From positions 1 through 53,188 of the forward strand of contig CAZFGG010000006.1 in assembly GCA_964518425.1 (NCBI GenBank): a stretch of 53,188 bases of DNA. Direction: 5' to 3'. This stretch comes from an uncultured Gammaproteobacteria bacterium (GTDB taxonomy: Bacteria; Patescibacteriota; Patescibacteriia; SBBC01; CAIJZX01). Position 1 is the first letter of the stretch. Each line of letters begins with the position of its first letter. The translations under genes and the position numbers were made by a program. The notes under the pieces were generated by a model that did no database searches, was not told where the DNA came from, and saw nothing but the letters and a program-made list of their open reading frames with translations. This document shows positions 46,735 through 53,188 of this stretch, piece by piece.

Positions 46735-48414
46735 ATGGTTTCCTCCCCTCCCCACGTCGCCACTCCGGAAGTCGAAGAGGCGCTACAGGACAAAATGCTG
46801 AAAATCGCGCTCAAGGAAAAAGAGCGCCAAACGCAAACACGGGCCAGCGCCCTCGGCTTAGGCTACATCGATCTGATCGGATTTCCCATTGGCCCCGAAA
46901 CAATTTCGGTCGTGCCAAAAGACCAAGCCCAAGAATTACGAGCGGTCTGTTTTTTGAAAACCGGAACGCAAATCCGTCTCGGGGCGGTTGACCCGACCGA
47001 CCCAGCGGTTCAGGCTCTCGCCCAGGCGCTTGGCCAGAAGTATCATGCCCACGTAGAACTCTATGTCATTTCGGAGCACAGCCTCGAATCAGCCCTGAAA
47101 CTCTACGAGCGGTTACCGAAAATAATGAAAATGACGAGCGACGTCGAGTTGGCCCAAGCCGATATCGAACGGTATCGCCAAGAGGTCCAAGATGTTCGAC
47201 AGCTGAACGAGCACCTGGCCCGCTCCTCGATCTCCGACGTGTTTACGATCTTGCTGGCCGGGGCGATTGGTTCGCGCGCCTCAGACATTCACGTTGAGGC
47301 CGAGGCAGACGACGTTCGAGTTCGCTACCGCATCGACGGCGTTTTAGTCTCCGTGGCCTCGATTGCAGCCGATCGCTGGCCGCGCGTTATCGCCCGCATT
47401 AAATTACTGGCTGGGTTAAAACTGAACATCACCAGCGTGCCCCAAGATGGCCGGATTACGGTCTTCCTGTCCGATGACAAACTCGACATCCGTGTTTCCA
47501 CGCTGCCAACTGCTTTTGGCGAAAGTGTAGTCATGCGGCTCCTTCGGGCTTCGGCCAGCAGTATTACGTTTGAGGACCTTGGTCTTCGCGACCGCGCCTA
47601 CGAACAGCTCAAGCGGGAAATCGACCGCCCGAATGGCATGGTCGTCGCAACCGGACCAACCGGATCAGGAAAAACAACAACCCTCTACGCTGCGCTCAAC
47701 CGGCTGAACAAGCAGGAAACAAAAATTATTACCCTCGAAGATCCGATTGAGTACAAACTGGCCGGCATCAACCAAAGCCAAGTTGACTGGTCAAAGGGCT
47801 ATACCTTCGCCAAGGGTCTCCGTTCAATTTTGCGGCAAGACCCTGATATTATCATGGTCGGAGAAATCCGCGACCTCGAGACAGCTGATACCGCTATCCA
47901 AGCTGCCCTGACTGGCCACCTGGTTTTATCGACGGTCCACACCAACGACGCCGCTGGCGCCGTACCACGGTTCCTTTCGATGGGCACCAAGCCCTTTCTC
48001 TTGGCCCCGGCCTTAAATGCGGTCGTTGGTCAGCGACTTGTTCGGAAAATTTGTTCGCATTGCCGCCACGAAGACGTTCCTGGCCCAGAAACCCTTGAAC
48101 AGATAAAAAAAACATTAGCGGCTATCCCTAAAAGTTCCGGGTACGCTGTTGACTCGGCAAAACCACTGAAGTTTATGAAGGGCGCTGGATGTGATCAGTG
48201 TCATGGCCTTGGTTACTTTGGTCGGATTGGCATCTTCGAGGTCTTGGTGGTTGACGAAAAAGCTGAGAAGATAATTCTGACCGGCGAGGTGAGCGAATAC
48301 CAAGTTCGTGAATTAGCCGAAGAGCAGGGCATGATCACCATGGCTCAAGACGGACTCCTCAAGGCGCTCGACGGAATTACGACCGTCGAAGAAGTATTCC
48401 GCGTAGCGCAATAA
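46735..48414 (+). CDS. pilB: Type IV pilus/T2SS assembly ATPase (PilB/GspE)
   Basis: ASDIH, PQDGR, GPTGSGKTTT, EDPIEY, LRQDPD..MVGEIRD, TGHLVLST.HTN, CxxC...CxxC; start at ATG 46735. Confidence 0.92.
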   Translation: MVSSPPHVATPEVEEALQDKMLKIALKEKERQTQTRASALGLGYIDLIGFPIGPETISVVPKDQAQELRAVCFLKTGTQIRLGAVDPTDPAVQALAQALGQKYHAHVELYVISEHSLESALKLYERLPKIMKMTSDVELAQADIERYRQEVQDVRQLNEHLARSSISDVFTILLAGAIGSRASDIHVEAEADDVRVRYRIDGVLVSVASIAADRWPRVIARIKLLAGLKLNITSVPQDGRITVFLSDDKLDIRVSTLPTAFGESVVMRLLRASASSITFEDLGLRDRAYEQLKREIDRPNGMVVATGPTGSGKTTTLYAALNRLNKQETKIITLEDPIEYKLAGINQSQVDWSKGYTFAKGLRSILRQDPDIIMVGEIRDLETADTAIQAALTGHLVLSTVHTNDAAGAVPRFLSMGTKPFLLAPALNAVVGQRLVRKICSHCRHEDVPGPETLEQIKKTLAAIPKSSGYAVDSAKPLKFMKGAGCDQCHGLGYFGRIGIFEVLVVDEKAEKIILTGEVSEYQVRELAEEQGMITMAQDGLLKALDGITTVEEVFRVAQ

Positions 48415-48415
48415 A

Positions 48416-50938
48416 CTAGACCTCCAGCAGGCGCCGCTTCGCTTCGGTGAGCTTTTGTCGCTCGGTTTCAACAACGGCAGCCGGAGCATGATCAACAAAT
48501 TGTTGGTTGCTCAGTTTGAGCTCGACTGATGCGATGTATCGATCAAGATCCAAACGTTCGTTTGCGCGCCAGGATTCAAAACGTTGAACAAATTCAGTCG
48601 GCACCTGAAAACGAACATCACCCAAGACAATATCCTGATAGCCACTGGCGACCGTCAGTCGGTTGATCGGTTCTATTGGTAAGCCGGACAACGACTTGAG
48701 AAGACCGAGGTCGAGCCCTGGCGCGGGAACACACCGAATGGGCGCGGAAGTGGGAAGGTGGCTATGGAGCTTAAAATTCCGAAGGGCGACAACGGTCGTT
48801 TGTAGGGCAGAAAAAGACCTGATCATCGGTGAGGGACGGACCGGACGGGACGTTGGCCACGGCTGAATCATTAACAGTTTCTCGGGGTGGACGTGGTCCC
48901 ACAGCTCCTCCGTAATAAACGGCATGAACGGATGAAGGAGGATGAGAATGGTTTCGAAAACGTCATACAACAGGGCCGGATTTGGCTGCGCCTTGCTGAC
49001 CTCAACGTACCAATCCGCAAAATCGTGCCAGACGAAATCGTAGAGCGCCTGACCAGCGGCTGAAAAATCAAGCCCCTCAATGCTGAGCGTCACGTCGCGA
49101 ATAAGTCGATGACGCTGAGCGCCAATCCATCGTTCAGCGGCAGTGGTGGGCGCCGCCGCCCTGAGCGGCCGAGGCTGACTGTAAATAAACCGCCCGACGT
49201 TCCATAGTTTGTTGGCAAAATTGCGGTAGCCCTCAATTTTCTTTTCATACAAACGGAAATCCTGCCCGGCGGCGTTGCCGACAACCAAGCTCATCCGGAC
49301 GGCATCCATCCCATATTTTTCGGCGATCGGCAAGGGATCAATACCGGTGCCCTTCGATTTCGACATCTTTTTTCCTTGTTCGTCAAGGACCAGGCCGTGC
49401 AGGTAGACCCTTCGGAACGGCACCGTATTCATGAAATACAGCGAGAACATGATCATTCGGGCGACCCAGAAGAAGAGAATGTCCCAACCAGTTTCCATAA
49501 TATCGGTTGGGTGGAAGCGGAGGAGGTCCTTGGTCTTCTTAGGCCAACCAAGGGTAGAAAAAGTCCACAGACCAGAAGAAAACCAGGTATCCAGCGTATC
49601 TTCATCTTGAACCCATGTTGGTCCTGGTCGCTTGATGGCCACTTTTGGATCTTCACGACGGACGTCGGTTTTTTTATACCATACCGGCAGCCGGTGTCCC
49701 CACCAGATTTGCCGGGAAATATTCCAATCTCGAATATTCTCCATCCAGTGGAAGTACACTTTGGCGTACCGTTCCGGCACAATAGTAATTTTTCCTTGAC
49801 GCACGGCAGCCATGGCCTTCGCCGCCAAAGGCTTCATGCTCATAAACCACTGTCGGGACACCAATGGCTCGATGGGAGTCTTCGTGCGCTGGCAGTAAGC
49901 GATAGCATGAACATAGTCCTCTTCTTTGACGAGAGCCTGGCTACTTCGTAGCTGTTCGATGATCTTGTCCCGGGCCTGAACAACCGGTAAACCAGAGAAC
50001 TCCGGCCCGGCCGCCGCCGTCATCTTCCCATCAAAACCAATAATCTGTATTTGGGGTAGTCCGTGTGTCTGGCCGAGATCGAAATCTAAAGGATCGTGCG
50101 CTGGCGTCACCTTGACCGCGCCCGTTCCAAAACTTTGGTCTATGCGGCCGTCGGCAATAATAGGAATTTGACGGTTGATCAGCGGCAGGCGAACCATTTT
50201 CCCAACCAGGTTGGCATAGCGCTCATCTTTTGGGTGAACAGCCACGGCTGTATCGCCGAGCATTGTTTCTGGACGAGTAGTTGCGACCGTGATCGAACCG
50301 GATCCATCGGCCAACGGGTAGCGCAGGTGCCAGAGCTTACCCGGGCTTTGTTGATGGTCAACTTCAAGATCGGAAACGGCCGTTTGACAGTCGGAACACC
50401 AATTAATAATTCGTTCACCGCGGTAGATCAGTCCATCATGGTAAAGCTTCACGAAGGCGGTTTGGACGGCATCGGTTAAGCCGGGATCCAAGGTAAACCG
50501 CTCGCGCGACCAATCAGCCGAGGCGCCCATGGCCTTAATTTGTTCAACAATCCTTCGCCCATATTTCTCTTTCCACTTCCAAACTTCTTTCACAAACCTT
50601 TCTCGGCCAAGTTTTTGCCGGTCAATCCCTCGACGACGGAGCTCGCGCTCGACGACCACCTGCGTAGAGATAGCGGCATGGTCCGTACCGGGTAGCCACA
50701 AGGCGGCCCGGCCAGCCAGGCGGTGGTAGCGAATCAGAATATCTTGAATGGTCATGCCCAGCGCATGACCAAAGTGTAGCTCGCCGGTAATGTTCGGCGG
50801 GGGCATAGAAAGAACAAACGGCAGTCGACGCCGGGCACCGGGCAGCCGATCAGGATTAAAAAAACCTGAACGCTCCCAGCGTTGGTAAATTTTCTTTTCA
50901 ACTTTCTGTGGATCGTAGACTCGCGGAAGCTCAGACAT
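48416..50938 (-). CDS. valS: Valine--tRNA ligase
   Basis: PPPNITGELHFGH, GTDHA, ATTRPET, ISRQIWWGH, DTWFSS, KMSKS, C-terminal coiled coil. Confidence 0.98.
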   Translation of the reverse strand: MSELPRVYDPQKVEKKIYQRWERSGFFNPDRLPGARRRLPFVLSMPPPNITGELHFGHALGMTIQDILIRYHRLAGRAALWLPGTDHAAISTQVVVERELRRRGIDRQKLGRERFVKEVWKWKEKYGRRIVEQIKAMGASADWSRERFTLDPGLTDAVQTAFVKLYHDGLIYRGERIINWCSDCQTAVSDLEVDHQQSPGKLWHLRYPLADGSGSITVATTRPETMLGDTAVAVHPKDERYANLVGKMVRLPLINRQIPIIADGRIDQSFGTGAVKVTPAHDPLDFDLGQTHGLPQIQIIGFDGKMTAAAGPEFSGLPVVQARDKIIEQLRSSQALVKEEDYVHAIAYCQRTKTPIEPLVSRQWFMSMKPLAAKAMAAVRQGKITIVPERYAKVYFHWMENIRDWNISRQIWWGHRLPVWYKKTDVRREDPKVAIKRPGPTWVQDEDTLDTWFSSGLWTFSTLGWPKKTKDLLRFHPTDIMETGWDILFFWVARMIMFSLYFMNTVPFRRVYLHGLVLDEQGKKMSKSKGTGIDPLPIAEKYGMDAVRMSLVVGNAAGQDFRLYEKKIEGYRNFANKLWNVGRFIYSQPRPLRAAAPTTAAERWIGAQRHRLIRDVTLSIEGLDFSAAGQALYDFVWHDFADWYVEVSKAQPNPALLYDVFETILILLHPFMPFITEELWDHVHPEKLLMIQPWPTSRPVRPSPMIRSFSALQTTVVALRNFKLHSHLPTSAPIRCVPAPGLDLGLLKSLSGLPIEPINRLTVASGYQDIVLGDVRFQVPTEFVQRFESWRANERLDLDRYIASVELKLSNQQFVDHAPAAVVETERQKLTEAKRRLLEV

Positions 50939-51121
50939 GAAGAGCGATAAACATTAATTCAGTATGTTTATCAGGACCCAGCGGCTATAACCGCCTCACG
51001 AAGGGTGGTACCACCTGATTTTCCCGAAGCTCGTTCGAGACGCTTATTTCGCGAGGTCTACTAATCCCTTCACATGGGACGTTCTTCTCTAGCTCTCCTG
51101 GTGACAAGCCAGGGTCGTCGC
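50939..51121 (-). promoter_or_regulatory. T-box riboswitch (ultrashort Stem I, Val GUC specifier) upstream of valS
   Basis: Stem I GCGACGA-C-CCTGG-CTTGTCA-CCAGG-AGAGC; Stem II with AGAAC/AGTAGA S-turn; antiterminator-like TCAGG-TGGTACC-ACCC...GGGT-CCTGA. Confidence 0.88.
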
Positions 51122-51127
51122 AGGAGA

Positions 51128-51156
51128 AACGTATCCTAAAAAACGCCTACAGTCAA
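51128..51156 (-). promoter_or_regulatory. valS leader promoter
   Basis: TTGACT (51156-51151)-N17-TACGTT (51133-51128), 6 nt before the first base of Stem I. Confidence 0.7.
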
Positions 51157-51253
51157 GCCTTAATCAAGGCCCCTCGTTCGTTCTCGGCAGCCTTGTGGCT
51201 TGGCAAAATCTCGGTGCACAACCCCCTGCTTCTGAACGAGAGAGGCACGAGGA

Positions 51254-52279
51254 TTACACCAACTCCCAATTCGGATCACCTTTAATTTTTTGCCACGATG
51301 AAAAATCTTTTTTTTGGGCCCGGATTGCTCCAGCCATGGCAATCATGACGCCATTATCCATACACAGATTGAGCGCCGGCTGAATGTATCGGACGCCAGG
51401 AAGTACCTGCTCAACCATTTTCGTTAAACGATGTCGCAGTAGTTGGTTCGCGGCAACACCACCCCCGAGCACAATAGTTTTCGCACCAGTTTTTTCAACG
51501 GCCCACAGCGTTTTCTTGATGAGCGGATCAATAGCGGCGGCCTGAAAACTAGCACAGAAATCATTGACCAACTGCGGCGAACGCTTAATATGTTTACGCG
51601 CCTCATACAGGACTGATGTTTTGAGCCCGGAGTAACTGAAATTCAAGTTGCCCGATTTCATGAATGCTCGCGGAAAGGCAAATCGTGTAGCATCACCATG
51701 AATTGCCCGACGAGAAATTTCCGGTCCACCCGGATAGGGCAAGCCGAGAATCTTGGCCACTTTATCAAAAGCCTCTCCCACCGCGTCATCCACGGTTCGG
51801 CCCAACAGCTTATACTGTCCAAGTCCTCGAACAAGAATCAGCTCGGTGTGTCCACCGGAAACGATGAGCGCCACGGCCGGGAAAGCGATTTTCGTGGCGT
51901 CAGGCGAAGCCCAACTGCTGACGATATGTCCTTCGATGTGGTTTACTCGGACCAGCGGCTTCTTCAGAATGTATGACAATGATCGCGCTGTTTCCACACC
52001 CACAAGCAGCGCCGTATTCAATCCCGGCCCAGCCGTTACCGCGATTGCGTCAACATCTTTCCAATCCTTCCGTGACTTTTTCAGCGCAGCTTTCAACGTC
52101 GGAACGATCGTGACCGCGTGCTCCCGCGCGGCAACTTCCGGTACGACGCCGCCATATTTGCGGTGAATCAACACTTGCGAGGCGGCAACCTGTGCCTCGA
52201 TGGTAAGCTTCTTTTGATGATACGACACAATACCGATCGCCGTGTCGTCGCAAGAGGTTTCGATACCTAAAATACGCAT
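51254..52279 (-). CDS. tsaD: tRNA N6-threonylcarbamoyltransferase TsaD
   Basis: GIETSCDDT, GGVVPEVAAR.H, NHIEGH, SGGHT, DDAVGEAFDK, GGVAAN, DNGVMIA. Confidence 0.97.
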   Translation of the reverse strand: MRILGIETSCDDTAIGIVSYHQKKLTIEAQVAASQVLIHRKYGGVVPEVAAREHAVTIVPTLKAALKKSRKDWKDVDAIAVTAGPGLNTALLVGVETARSLSYILKKPLVRVNHIEGHIVSSWASPDATKIAFPAVALIVSGGHTELILVRGLGQYKLLGRTVDDAVGEAFDKVAKILGLPYPGGPEISRRAIHGDATRFAFPRAFMKSGNLNFSYSGLKTSVLYEARKHIKRSPQLVNDFCASFQAAAIDPLIKKTLWAVEKTGAKTIVLGGGVAANQLLRHRLTKMVEQVLPGVRYIQPALNLCMDNGVMIAMAGAIRAQKKDFSSWQKIKGDPNWELV

Positions 52280-52306
52280 TGTTGTGAACTAGCCATGAAT
52301 CCCCGG

Positions 52307-53086
52307 TTACTCAGGCGACTGCTTGCTTGGTTTTTCCTGAGCCAAGAAACTCTGAATATCTTTGAGCGTACCCATAAACTGAGCCGGGAAAATGATCGTC
52401 GAATTCTTTTCGACGCTGATCTCAGCCATGGTTTGAAGATTACGTAACTGCAAGGCAATCGGATGAGCCTGCATAATGTCGGCGGTATCAGCTAGTTTTT
52501 GTGAAGACAAGAATTCACCTTCGGCGGCGATAATCTTGGCCCGCTTCTCCCGCTCGGCCTCAGCTTGTTTAGCCATGGCCCGCTGCATCCCTTCCGGCAG
52601 TTCAATGTCCTTAATTTCAACCACTGAAACGATGACGCCCCAAGCTTCGGTGTGCGTATCAAGAACTTTGGTAATTTCCGTATTGATCGTCTCGCGTTCA
52701 CTCAAAATTTCGTCGAGCTGGAATTTTCCAACAATGTTACGGACGGACGTCTGCGAAATCTGATTGATCGCCGACATAACATCTTCAATGGCGACAATGC
52801 TTTTTACTGCATCGACAATTTTAAAGTAGGCCACGGCCGAGACATCAACCGAAACGTTATCCTTGGTAATAATTTTCTGCGGGGGGATAGGCATGGTGAT
52901 TGTCCGAAAATCAACTCGCCGCATTTGTTCAAAATAAGGAATGACAATGTTTAGCCCTGGGCCAGCTTGCCGGACAATTTTTCCGAAACGAAAGACAACG
53001 CCTTTTTGATATTGCTGAACAACCCGCAACCCCGGCAGGACGATGAAGAGAATGATGAAACCAATGGAGCCGAAGATGTAGGGCAT
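52307..53086 (-). CDS. SPFH/band 7 (stomatin-like) protein
   Basis: GVVFRFG, ITKDNV, QTSVRN, QAEAEREKRA, ALQLR; start at ATG 53086. Confidence 0.93.
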   Translation of the reverse strand: MPYIFGSIGFIILFIVLPGLRVVQQYQKGVVFRFGKIVRQAGPGLNIVIPYFEQMRRVDFRTITMPIPPQKIITKDNVSVDVSAVAYFKIVDAVKSIVAIEDVMSAINQISQTSVRNIVGKFQLDEILSERETINTEITKVLDTHTEAWGVIVSVVEIKDIELPEGMQRAMAKQAEAEREKRAKIIAAEGEFLSSQKLADTADIMQAHPIALQLRNLQTMAEISVEKNSTIIFPAQFMGTLKDIQSFLAQEKPSKQSPE

Positions 53087-53113
53087 AGAAATCACGAGCG
53101 TAGATAAAACTGT

Positions 53114-53188
53114 TGGTAGCCCCACGGGGAATCGAACCCCGATTACCGGCTTGAAAAGCCGATGTCCTAACCGTTAGACGATGAGGCC
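53114..53188 (-). tRNA. tRNA-Glu (anticodon TTC)
   Basis: 75-nt cloverleaf GGCCTCA...TCGGC-TTTTCAA-GCCGG...GGTTCGATTCC...TGGGGCT-ACCA. Confidence 0.96.

Noticed and set aside
51001-51015. Plus-strand T-box motif AAGGGTGGTACCAC
   Set aside because: GGTGGTACCACC is palindromic; Stem I, Stem II, the promoter and valS are all on the minus strand.

Overview
Chromosomal window of a small-genome bacterium; gene content and order suggest Patescibacteria/CPR (inference, not a database result). It runs from the 3' part of a 5S rRNA gene through accessory genes, a cluster of VirB2/TrbC-like pilin genes flanked by seven GT-C-type membrane glycosyltransferase genes, a yebC-ruvC-alpha-glucan operon (2 glgA, 2 GH57, 2 APH-fold kinases, a GalT-like enzyme), tyrS, a class A PBP, the origin region (dciA-dnaN-oriC-dnaA / rpmH-rnpA-yidD-yidC), tsaE, a degenerate DHH protein, pilB, valS, tsaD, an SPFH gene and tRNA-Glu. 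The most unusual signals are non-coding. (1) An intact tRNA-Ser(CGA) sits inside the anticodon loop of a second tRNA-Ser-like gene that is split by three palindromic insertions. (2) valS is preceded by an ultrashort-Stem-I T-box riboswitch with a Val (GUC) specifier, an architecture I know mainly from actinobacterial ileS. (3) A ~200-nt-period array of 5S-derived, GTAG-REP-like cassettes follows the 5S gene, and the last cassette encloses an AT-rich gene. (4) About a dozen genes look leaderless. (5) The origin carries only non-canonical DnaA boxes. All calls come from reading the sequence by eye; no searches or folding programs were run.
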